A stretch of 64,000 nt of DNA from IMG/VR virus record IMGVR_UViG_3300028802_000012, positions 2,244 to 66,243 of that record; one strand, 5' to 3'. The notes beneath the pieces are model-generated. The model made no database searches. It was not told where the DNA came from and saw nothing but the letters and a program-made list of their open reading frames with translations. Origin of the DNA: a virus (Duplodnaviria > Caudoviricetes). The position numbers and the translations under genes were made by a program. Below are positions 55,991 through 64,000 of the stretch, one piece after another. Every line of letters begins with the position of its first letter. Position 1 is the first letter of the stretch.

Positions 55991-56396
55991 CGTCATCGCC
56001 GAGATGCTCGGGATCACCGAAGACGAGGCCACCGACCTGGGTCGGCAGGCCCTGCGGGCGATCAAGCGGGCCACCGTCGAAGAGCTGGACCTGGCCCGCC
56101 AGCTCCAAGTAGAACAGCTGGAAGCGATGATCGCTGCCATCTATACGCCGGCAACCGGCACCGATCTGGATGGCACGCCGCAGCTGGTCAGCCTGGACGC
56201 CATCGATCGGATGGTCAAGCTCCTCGATGCCAAGGCCAAACTGCTGGGCCTGAACGCGCCGACGAAGATCGACATCGACGCCCGCCTGGTTGTCATGGCC
56301 GAGGAGCTGAACGCCGACGTCGATGAGCTGCGGGCGATCGCGAACGACGTGCTCAAGGGCTATACTCCGTCCAGAGCTGGCCGGCGAACGGAGTAG
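55839..56396 (+). CDS. Probable terminase small subunit (HTH)
   Basis: VLDLRKRALPYDVIAEMLGI...AIDRMVKLLDAKAKLLGLNAP; upstream of TerL. Confidence 0.6.
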   Translation: MSSEPRPEPPGTGRALVPTVRRVSGTVFGPEALDPRARQVLDLRKRALPYDVIAEMLGITEDEATDLGRQALRAIKRATVEELDLARQLQVEQLEAMIAAIYTPATGTDLDGTPQLVSLDAIDRMVKLLDAKAKLLGLNAPTKIDIDARLVVMAEELNADVDELRAIANDVLKGYTPSRAGRRTE

Positions 56397-56403
56397 CCCC
56401 CTC

Positions 56404-56652
56404 ATGCATGAACCGGTACGCGAAGCCGCCGTCGTCAGCCCGGTCGCCCACGAAAAGGCGCATACCCGCCTGGCCCTGGCGGCCCTGCTGGCCAGTCTGG
56501 CGGCCGTGGTCATCGCCGTCATGCTGGCGGTGTACCTGCTGTGGATCATCGTCTCCCAACCGAAAGCCACCGGCTTCGATGCTGACGGCGTCCGCTGCTA
56601 TCGGGCGGCCTCGGAGATGACCTGCATCAAGACGGCGGAGCCGCCACGCTAA
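56404..56652 (+). CDS. Single-TM membrane protein (possible lysis protein)
   Basis: Long hydrophobic segment; lies just upstream of the peptidase gene. Confidence 0.5.
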   Translation: MHEPVREAAVVSPVAHEKAHTRLALAALLASLAAVVIAVMLAVYLLWIIVSQPKATGFDADGVRCYRAASEMTCIKTAEPPR

Positions 56653-56873
56653 TGCGGCGGTTTGTGCTGGAACGTGACGTCGACGCCACGGGGATCTCGG
56701 GCACGGGGCTGGTCGCCGAAGGCGTCCAGTTCAGTACCGGCTGGTGCGCGATGATCTGGCTCGGGGCCTACTTCAGCGCCGTGATCTATCCGAACGTCGA
56801 GCACGTCCTGCAGATTCACGGCCACCAGGGCACGACGCGGCTGGTCTGGATGGACGATGACGGTCGACCCTAG
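56652..56873 (+). CDS. Conserved-type phage hypothetical protein
   Basis: RRFVLERDVDATGISGTGLVAEGVQFSTG. Confidence 0.65.
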   Translation: MRRFVLERDVDATGISGTGLVAEGVQFSTGWCAMIWLGAYFSAVIYPNVEHVLQIHGHQGTTRLVWMDDDGRP

Positions 56874-57615
56874 TCGCTGGCTGCCCCGCTATGACGCTGA
56901 CGCGCCGGCGATTACGCAGCAGCATGACTGGGATTGTTCGGAGGAGAGCGCCCACTGGATGCTCTGTGCCTACGGCCGCGACCCGAGCGAGTCCTGGATG
57001 GAAGCGTCTCTGATAGAAACCGGGACAGTGACGCCTGCGTATGGCTTGATGGACGCTTCTGGGTTCGGCATGGCCGCCTGGCTCAACGATCAGTATGGGG
57101 ACTTCGGCTACCTGGCCTCGAACGATAATCCGGTGTCGTTCGACGAGCTGGCCAGCGAAGCGGGCAGTCTCCAGCATCCGTTGATGATCGGCGGGCGGGC
57201 GTTCTATCACTGGGTCGGCCTCAGAGGCTACGATCCCGGCCAGGACATCCTGGTCCTGGCCAACCCAGCCCCTGGATACCGGGGCGTCTATCAGGAGCTG
57301 ACCCGATCGCAGTTCGCGGCTCTGGGAAGCTTCTCGCTGGTTCGGCTGACCCATCCTGAGGCCGAAGATACGCGGCCGCCGTCACCGCCGCCAGCCCCGC
57401 CGGAGCAGCCCAATCCTGGTGACTGGGACGGGCGGATCGGCTCGGGGCTCTTAGCGATGATGGCGCGGGATAGCACCTATCCGGCGCAGGCGATCTCGAC
57501 CTGGCTGCCCCTGGGCCAGCACCCCGCGTCGATCGAAGAGGCCTATGCCGTCAATGGCACGCGCTACGTCTGGCTCCTCGGGCCGAATCAGGGGTTTCGC
57601 TATGTACCGTCCTAG
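56857..57615 (+). CDS. C39-like cysteine peptidase (probable endolysin)
   Basis: QQHDWDCS...HWVGLRGYD...LANPA; Pro linker and C-terminal domain. Confidence 0.65.
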   Translation: MTVDPSRWLPRYDADAPAITQQHDWDCSEESAHWMLCAYGRDPSESWMEASLIETGTVTPAYGLMDASGFGMAAWLNDQYGDFGYLASNDNPVSFDELASEAGSLQHPLMIGGRAFYHWVGLRGYDPGQDILVLANPAPGYRGVYQELTRSQFAALGSFSLVRLTHPEAEDTRPPSPPPAPPEQPNPGDWDGRIGSGLLAMMARDSTYPAQAISTWLPLGQHPASIEEAYAVNGTRYVWLLGPNQGFRYVPS

Positions 57616-57838
57616 GGAGACGCGGCCCCTGCCGAAGCGCGCCCAGGTTCGGCCGGCGACCGTCGACCGCGTGGTCTGGGAGCGCCTCTGGAGTGCCTGT
57701 GGGCGCAAGGTCCTGTACGCCAGCCAGGCGCAGGCCGAACAGGCCCCGTCGGCGCGCACGGCGGACCTGGTGCCGTACCTCTGTCCGACGGGTGAGCACC
57801 ACTGGCACCTGACCAAGCGGACCGCCCCGGATGCCTAG
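57602..57838 (+). CDS. Small Zn-finger-like protein
   Basis: CGRKVLY...YLCPTGEHHWHLT. Confidence 0.55.
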   Translation: MYRPRETRPLPKRAQVRPATVDRVVWERLWSACGRKVLYASQAQAEQAPSARTADLVPYLCPTGEHHWHLTKRTAPDA

Positions 57839-59426
57839 GCTGCCGCGCAGCCCGCTCTACGATGTCCCGGCGGCCGATGCCGATCCCGTTCTCCAGGAAG
57901 TCCAGATCCGCTACGCCGTCCAGAAAACGCTGGGCCGCCAGCAGGTCGATCCCGCCCTGGGCGAAACCCCGGAAGACGTCCAGCGGGCGCTGTCGGAGAT
58001 GCGGACCAGGGTCGGGCCGTATGCGAAGTACGTCTACGGCCTGGAGCCGGCCCGGGTCCATCGCCTGTGGAACAACGCCATGGACGACATCATCGAGCGC
58101 AGATGCCGGCAGAACAAGCTGCTGATCATCGCGCCGCCGAACTCGGCCAAGAGCACCTATGCCAGCATCATTCGGCCGACGCACTATCTGGGCAACCATC
58201 CCGATCACCACCTGCTGTTCTTCACCAGCTCCGACGAGATGTCCAAGACTTTCGGGTCGACGGTGCGGCTGGCCCTGGATCAGAACGAGAAGCACAAGGC
58301 CGTCTTCCCCGATTTCGCGACCCGGCCCGATAAGAAGCGCGGGTGGTCCAGCGACGGCCTGTATCTGCAGGGGACGCCCCCGGCTGCCAAAGATCCGGCC
58401 TACAAGGCCGTCGGGTTCAACGCCACGATCATGGGGGCCAGAGCCCACGGGGTGATCCTGGACGACCCGCTCGATCAGAAGGACGCCGTCTCCGAGATCG
58501 AGCAGGCCAAGGCCAAGAACTACTACACCCAGACCATCCGGTCCCGACTGCACACCTCGGAAGGTTGGCTCGTGGCCATCATGACCCGCTTTCACGAGCA
58601 CGACCTGGCGAGTTATTTCATCGAGCTGGCCGAGCAGTCCGGCGAGTGGCTGGTCCTGCGAACCCCGCTGGTCGCCGAAGATCAGGGCGATCTGCTGGGT
58701 CGCTCCCCTGGCGAGAGCCTCTGGCCGGAGCAATATCCTCAGGCCTACATCCAGCAGACCCAGGCCGGGATGTCGATCGCCGAGTTCAACCTGGTCTACC
58801 AGGGCGACCCGACGGGCATGGGCGGCGATATCTTCGAGTCCGAAAGCTGGTTTCAGGATCTGCCGCCGGGCTTCTGGACGGAGATCGAGCCGAAGACCCA
58901 GACGGTGCAGGCCTGGGACCTGGCCTGGTCCGAGAAAGACCGGACCTGCTACACGGTCGGGATGACCTGTGCCGTCGATCAGCACCTGAACATGTACATC
59001 CTGCATGTGACTCGCCAGCGGCTGACCGACCTGGCGCTCGAAGACGAGATGGTGCGGGCGATCCGACTGGCGAAGCCCGTCGTGGTCGGCATCGAAGAGT
59101 CGACCTTTCACCTGACGGTCACGCGGTCCCTGGTCCAGCGCATCCTCGGGCGGGTGATATGCAACATCCAGCTGCCTCGGCCTGATAAAGACAAGATCAC
59201 CCGCGCCCGATTGCCGGCCGGTCGCGCTCAGCATGGCAAGATCTTTGTCGACAAACGCCGAGCCTGGTACCGGACGTTTATCTCGGAGTGCCTGGGCTTT
59301 CCGAACACCCGTTACAAAGATCAGGTCGATGCGCTATCGTTGCTGACGTTGCTGGTGCAGAACCTGGGCGAGGACCAGCGGGAACGACGGGCAGTGCGGC
59401 AGGTAGAAACGGCGATGTCGGCATGA
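57831..59426 (+). CDS. terL: Terminase large subunit
   Basis: IIAPPNSAKST, GARAHGVILDDP, IMTRFHEHDL, YQGDP, QAWDLA, FPNTRYKDQVDA. Confidence 0.95.
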   Translation: MPRLPRSPLYDVPAADADPVLQEVQIRYAVQKTLGRQQVDPALGETPEDVQRALSEMRTRVGPYAKYVYGLEPARVHRLWNNAMDDIIERRCRQNKLLIIAPPNSAKSTYASIIRPTHYLGNHPDHHLLFFTSSDEMSKTFGSTVRLALDQNEKHKAVFPDFATRPDKKRGWSSDGLYLQGTPPAAKDPAYKAVGFNATIMGARAHGVILDDPLDQKDAVSEIEQAKAKNYYTQTIRSRLHTSEGWLVAIMTRFHEHDLASYFIELAEQSGEWLVLRTPLVAEDQGDLLGRSPGESLWPEQYPQAYIQQTQAGMSIAEFNLVYQGDPTGMGGDIFESESWFQDLPPGFWTEIEPKTQTVQAWDLAWSEKDRTCYTVGMTCAVDQHLNMYILHVTRQRLTDLALEDEMVRAIRLAKPVVVGIEESTFHLTVTRSLVQRILGRVICNIQLPRPDKDKITRARLPAGRAQHGKIFVDKRRAWYRTFISECLGFPNTRYKDQVDALSLLTLLVQNLGEDQRERRAVRQVETAMSA

Positions 59427-61552
59427 GCATAGCTCTCTGGGATAAGCCCGTCTCGCTGGTGTCGGGCGAGCCGACCATCACCGATGCCGATCGGGCCGCC
59501 CTGGTGCTGGACTTCGCCCTGGATCTGACCCAGGATTTCGCTCGCCGCAACCAGCAGTTTGCCCTGATCGACGACGTGATCTTCCTGCAGCAGGCCGTGC
59601 AGATCCCCGAGAACTTCAGGAACACGGCCGTCGAGGTCAGAACACCGCTGCCGGCGCATATTGCTAACAACATCACGGCGGCCATGTCGGTCAACGCTCC
59701 GAGGGTGATCTTTCGCCCGATCGAATTTGGGGATCCCGGTGAGGAAGAAGCGGCCTATCGGGCCAGGTTCTTCGAGGGGTCGTGGCTCAGACAGCAACGC
59801 GAGAAGAAGCGCCCGTTGCACCGCCTGTTCATGCACAGCGTCGTGACGAAAGGCGAGGGGATTCTCAAGACGATCCCCCGAAAGAACCGCGCCTGGGCCA
59901 AGTACAAAGACTTCTCGCTGAAAGCCCTCGAAGAGATGGACGCGGCCGTCGAGCGGGGCGACCTGGATAGAAATTCGGCCGTGCGGGTCTGGGACGCGAA
60001 GACCGAGGAGTACAAGCGCGGGGCGCCGTATCCGATCGAGACGACCGATATTCCGCCGGAGACGTTCTATTATCAGCGCGGCGAAGACGGGTTTACCCGC
60101 GTCGCCGAGATCAAGAACGTCCCGTACTACGAGACCTTGCTGCGCTACAACTGCTCGCTGAATCCCGAGGGGAAAGTGATATGGGACGACGTGACCGGTC
60201 TGGGTGTCCCGGCCACCGAGTGGGGGCAGGCGTTCACGGGCGACAGCACGCGCCGCACGATCCAGATGGTGGAGATGTGGGACGCCAGAGAATGTCAGAT
60301 CGTCCTGCGGGGACCGGGCGACCTGTCGTCATCGGGGAGTGGCCATCGCGGCTCGGGCCTGCTTGTCGAACGCTTCTCGCACAACTACGGCAGCACCGAG
60401 CTTGGGACGCTCAAAGGGCCATACTTTCATGCATCCGGCATCATGACGAGCAGCCGCGAACCGCACCGCGCGAGCTTGAGCGTCTTGTTCGCCTATCTCC
60501 ACTTGTTTCCCCTGCTCAACAGCCTGCTGACGATGCAGTCACAAGCCGCCTTTTCCACGTCGTATCCGGCGTACCGGCGCACCACCGCGCCACTGGTCGG
60601 TATGCCCGAGACACCGTTCGGCTTCGACGCCGTGGAGATCAATCAGTCCCGCGAGAAGCTCGTCCCTGGCGCAATCTTCCCCTACGATATCGCCCCGATG
60701 GACCAGCCCCGGACCTCGATCGATTTGGACAAGGCGATTGGCTTCGTGCGTTCGATGATCGATATGGCGCTCCCCGATTCGATCCAGGGCGTGATTACCG
60801 GCGAGACGGCTGGCTACGCCTTGAATCAGTCTGCGCATCTCGCAAGCTTGCAGTGGACGCCGATCGTCGCCAATGTCCAGGAGACGCTGTCTGATCGGAC
60901 CAGCTGGGAATCCGAGCTGATCGAGACGACCATCGGCGAGACGGTCTACGTCTGGGGCGCGGTCCCGCAGCCCCGCAAGCAACCCGGCCAGCCTCGACAG
61001 TACAAAGACGGCTGGATGGGGATGGCCCCCAAAGACCTCAAGGGGTATCACAACTACGAGGTCAAGTTGGAGCCGGCGATCCTGGACAACCAGGAGATCA
61101 AGCTCCGCGTGATCAAGCAGAAACTCGACATGCGGTTGATCTCGCCGGCCGATGCCGTGCGCGAGATCGGCGGGAACCCCGTCGAAGTCGAGCGGGCCTG
61201 GATGCTCTACGAGATCAAGCAGGATCCCGAGATCCGCAAGAACCTCAAGCAACGGATCTTCTCCCGACTCGGGTCGCTGGAACAGGAAGAGATGTCCAAG
61301 GTCCCAGCGGCGATGATGCCCAACGCCGCGCCGCCCCCAGGGTTCCAGCAGCCAGCGGGTGCGACCCCTGGCGTTTCGCAGGGCTTGCCGGTTACGGGCT
61401 TTGTCCCACCCCAGGGCGCCGTGCCGAACGCCCCGCCGCCAGAGGGCGGCGGTATGCCGATCACGAACTTGCCGCCGGGGACGGCGACGGGCCAGCCAGG
61501 CCCGACCAGGAACGCCCCGCCGCAGCACGTGCCGTTGCCAGGACAGAGCTAG
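59423..61552 (+). CDS. Probable portal protein
   Basis: ATGA-coupled to terL; ~709 aa, helical, Pro-rich tail. Confidence 0.75.
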   Translation: MSIALWDKPVSLVSGEPTITDADRAALVLDFALDLTQDFARRNQQFALIDDVIFLQQAVQIPENFRNTAVEVRTPLPAHIANNITAAMSVNAPRVIFRPIEFGDPGEEEAAYRARFFEGSWLRQQREKKRPLHRLFMHSVVTKGEGILKTIPRKNRAWAKYKDFSLKALEEMDAAVERGDLDRNSAVRVWDAKTEEYKRGAPYPIETTDIPPETFYYQRGEDGFTRVAEIKNVPYYETLLRYNCSLNPEGKVIWDDVTGLGVPATEWGQAFTGDSTRRTIQMVEMWDARECQIVLRGPGDLSSSGSGHRGSGLLVERFSHNYGSTELGTLKGPYFHASGIMTSSREPHRASLSVLFAYLHLFPLLNSLLTMQSQAAFSTSYPAYRRTTAPLVGMPETPFGFDAVEINQSREKLVPGAIFPYDIAPMDQPRTSIDLDKAIGFVRSMIDMALPDSIQGVITGETAGYALNQSAHLASLQWTPIVANVQETLSDRTSWESELIETTIGETVYVWGAVPQPRKQPGQPRQYKDGWMGMAPKDLKGYHNYEVKLEPAILDNQEIKLRVIKQKLDMRLISPADAVREIGGNPVEVERAWMLYEIKQDPEIRKNLKQRIFSRLGSLEQEEMSKVPAAMMPNAAPPPGFQQPAGATPGVSQGLPVTGFVPPQGAVPNAPPPEGGGMPITNLPPGTATGQPGPTRNAPPQHVPLPGQS

Positions 61553-61695
61553 TGCCGCTCTTCAGGGGGAAGAAAAACGTCAGCCGGAACATCCGACAGC
61601 TGCATCGGGACAATGCTGGGCGCAAGAAGAAGCGCCCGAATAAGCAGATCATCGCGATTGCCCTGGCGGTGAGTCGGCGGCGCAAGAAGCGATGA
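61552..61695 (+). CDS. 47-aa basic protein (MPLFRGKKNVSRNI...KQIIAIAL)
   Basis: GTG overlaps the portal stop; matches the common phage MPL..G....NI...KQA.AIAL small-protein pattern. Confidence 0.65.
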   Translation: MPLFRGKKNVSRNIRQLHRDNAGRKKKRPNKQIIAIALAVSRRRKKR

Positions 61696-61744
61696 CGCGA
61701 CTGGCCGGGGGTGGTATGCTGGCCGAAGCAGAAAGCGGGATGTC

Positions 61745-62278
61745 GTGCCTGAACCGCCCCACTACTTAGACGACCTGGCTGATACGGTCGCCAATGGCCT
61801 GGACGACGAAGCCGACTGGTACGCCGAGGCCATGCGGGGCGGATCGCGGTCGCCGTTTGCTGCGCCGGTCAGTCAGAAACAGCTGGGCGACGTGTACGTG
61901 CGGACGTTTTTCAAACAGCGGCCGGACGGTTCTATCGATTGGGACGCGCCGAACGAAGATCAGCGCGCCAAGCTGATGTCGTCCGGTGGGATCAAGAACT
62001 ATCTGGACGCGGCCAAGTACGTTATGAGCGTGCGGCCCAAGACCGGGGTTCGACCGCTGGACCAGCTCATAGAACCTCCGAAGTCGGCGCTGCCGCCCCT
62101 GGAAGTCCCGCCGCCCTATGCGGGGCCGACGCCGCTAGGTCCGCCGCCTGAGGGTCCGCCAGATGGGCTCATGCAGCCACCACTGCCTGAGCCGGCGCTT
62201 GGTGGTCCTCCTGCCTCAGGCGGCGGTCCTAGCGGTGCGCCGCCGATGCCGATGCCGCCGCCAGGGATCGGGCCATGA
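61745..62278 (+). CDS. Hypothetical protein with Pro-rich tail
   Basis: 177-aa ORF. Confidence 0.6.
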   Translation: MPEPPHYLDDLADTVANGLDDEADWYAEAMRGGSRSPFAAPVSQKQLGDVYVRTFFKQRPDGSIDWDAPNEDQRAKLMSSGGIKNYLDAAKYVMSVRPKTGVRPLDQLIEPPKSALPPLEVPPPYAGPTPLGPPPEGPPDGLMQPPLPEPALGGPPASGGGPSGAPPMPMPPPGIGP

Positions 62279-62487
62279 TGAAGGCTGCGCCGCGAAAAGC
62301 GCTCGCCGGTCATTGCCGGGAGCTGGGGTGCGACATGGTCGTGGTGACGCAGTCGACGGTGGTCACGATCCTCCACATTCATGCCGACCGGGTGCATACC
62401 TATCATCCGACGGACGAGATGTTGGACGATCTGAGTTTTGATATCTGGGACGATGTCAAGCACTGGGCGGAAGGTTTGCACGGGTAA
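62275..62487 (+). CDS. Hypothetical protein
   Basis: ATGA and TAATG coupling on both sides. Confidence 0.55.
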   Translation: MMKAAPRKALAGHCRELGCDMVVVTQSTVVTILHIHADRVHTYHPTDEMLDDLSFDIWDDVKHWAEGLHG

Positions 62488-64000
62488 TGCCGAATCAAAC
62501 CGATCAACTTATTAACCTTCAGGCCCAGCAGTTGGCTGCTCAGGTGGCTAATTGGGCAGCGCAACTTGATTTTGCAAAAGAGAGATTTCGGCTGCTCGAA
62601 CTGCCCGAGATGCAGGGCAAGAGCCAGCTGGAGATCGATCGGCTGGCCTTTGAGAAGGCCCAGGACACCTGGAAGCGGGCCATGCAGGAGGCCACGCTGA
62701 CCGGGACCTATAACGGTCAGCCGACGATGGAGTGGCTGACCCAGCAGGCCCAGCTAACAGGGGTCTTGAACGGCCAGCAGACGCTCCAGGGGAAGCTGAC
62801 CGACGCCCAGATCACCCAGATGAACGAGCAGATGCGGCTGGCCAACCAGCAGTTCCTCGTTCAGACCACCGGGTATCTGGACGGCCGGCCGACCTTCGAG
62901 CGCGAGCAGTGGCAGACCGGCCAGACGGGCTACATTGGCGATCAGGCCACGATGGCTCGCCAGCAGATGGAAGCCAATCTCTCGGGGTACTTCAACGGGA
63001 GATCCACGCTTGAACGGGAGAAGTTCGGGGCCGACCAGACCCAGAATTATCTGAACCTGTTGTCGAGTTTGCAGGGGCCGGGCAACGCCTTCAAGCAGAT
63101 GCGAGTCCTGGGGGCCACTGATCCGAACCTCCAGAACCTGGTCTCGGGGTGGGCCGGGACCTATAACATGCCCGGGTTCGGGAGTTCTGGTGCGCCTGGC
63201 CAGGCCCAGATCTCCGATCTCTGGCTTGGGGCCGGGATGCCAGGGTCGCAGCCCTATGCTCCGAACACGGGTCCGCCAGGGATGCCCGGACAGTGGTCGC
63301 CGTACGGCCAGGCTCCAGGGGGTGGAGGCGCGTACGTGCCTCCAGGCGGGGGACCGCTGCCGGTAGCGCATCAGATGACGATCCCGACGTACACCGGACC
63401 CGCTGGGATTACGCCCCCTGCAGCTGGCGAGGTGATCCCTGGGCGAGGCTTCACGCCTGATCAGTGGAACGATGCGACGCGGGCAGCAGTCGCGGCCTGG
63501 AACGCGGCCCATCCAGGGTTTATCGCTGACGGCTCGCAACAGGGCTACGCGTCGACAACGAGTGGAGCGTCCGCCCCGTATACGGCTCCGGCGCCGAATT
63601 ATGGCTCGCTGGGGGAGCCCTATACTCGCTGGTTGAACCAGGGTCCGGGGACGGGTCAACCCTGGATCTCGCAGAACGAGTTGTCGGAACGCTGGGGGGC
63701 GATGACCGACGCGGAACGTCGCGCCTGGTTCTCGTCGCAGCCTGGTGTTACGCCTGAACAGGCTGCCAACGCGCTGTACGCGAGTTGGGGACTGCAAGCC
63801 GACGCGGGGGCCGCGAATCTCCCTGTGCCTACCGACCCTGGGTATGCCCAGTACATAGCGCTGTTCGGAGCGCATGGGAACGAACCCGAAAGAATCTATG
63901 AGTGGAGCCAGTTGTCGCCGGAGGTCAGAGCGTACTACGCTGCGTTGCCGACTTCGACTCCGACTCCGACTCCGACTCCTGTTCCGCCCGCTGCTGCCGT
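62487..64000 (+). CDS. Probable internal virion/ejection protein (3' truncated; absent from the ORF track)
   Basis: ATG 62487 (MPNQTDQLINLQAQ...), open to the window end in the stretches I read; repeated TGx(Y/F/L)(N/D)GxxT motifs, Q-rich. Confidence 0.65.
   Translation, partial: MPNQTDQLINLQAQQLAAQVANWAAQLDFAKERFRLLELPEMQGKSQLEIDRLAFEKAQDTWKRAMQEATLTGTYNGQPTMEWLTQQAQLTGVLNGQQTLQGKLTDAQITQMNEQMRLANQQFLVQTTGYLDGRPTFEREQWQTGQTGYIGDQATMARQQMEANLSGYFNGRSTLEREKFGADQTQNYLNLLSSLQGPGNAFKQMRVLGATDPNLQNLVSGWAGTYNMPGFGSSGAPGQAQISDLWLGAGMPGSQPYAPNTGPPGMPGQWSPYGQAPGGGGAYVPPGGGPLPVAHQMTIPTYTGPAGITPPAAGEVIPGRGFTPDQWNDATRAAVAAWNAAHPGFIADGSQQGYASTTSGASAPYTAPAPNYGSLGEPYTRWLNQGPGTGQPWISQNELSERWGAMTDAERRAWFSSQPGVTPEQAANALYASWGLQADAGAANLPVPTDPGYAQYIALFGAHGNEPERIYEWSQLSPEVRAYYAALPTSTPTPTPTPVPPAAA

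Overview
The window (GC-rich) is most of a tailed dsDNA phage genome, circularly permuted: it starts and ends inside large virion-protein genes. The + strand carries the virion module: giant internal-virion/polyvalent proteins with C39-peptidase-like, GH73-like and ADP-ribosyltransferase-like domains, scaffold, HK97-type major capsid, tail/fibre genes (1-26.6 kb), and TerS-like, lysis, TerL and portal genes (53.5-64 kb). The - strand carries replication and early genes: dCTP deaminase, family A DNA polymerase, PD-(D/E)xK nuclease, primase-helicase, SNF2 helicase, RNA-ligase-like protein, a MoxR AAA+/VWA pair and many small ORFs. I see no integrase, tape measure or tRNA. The standout feature is at 27786-29949. 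A nuclease-less IS110/Nop-like protein is followed directly by about 36 units of a 36-bp dual-repeat array (9-nt repeat / 9-nt variable / 9-nt repeat / 9-nt variable). This matches a TIGR-TasA-type RNA-guided system, here inside the replication operon. Other unexplained structure: a 14-bp operator-like palindrome shared by the tas gene and the XRE/replication promoter, a ~180-nt multi-stem leader with a pseudoknot, a perfect 27-bp inverted repeat, and a repeated four-hairpin leader with compensatory changes in front of early genes. All family assignments come from motif recognition by eye; no searches were run.
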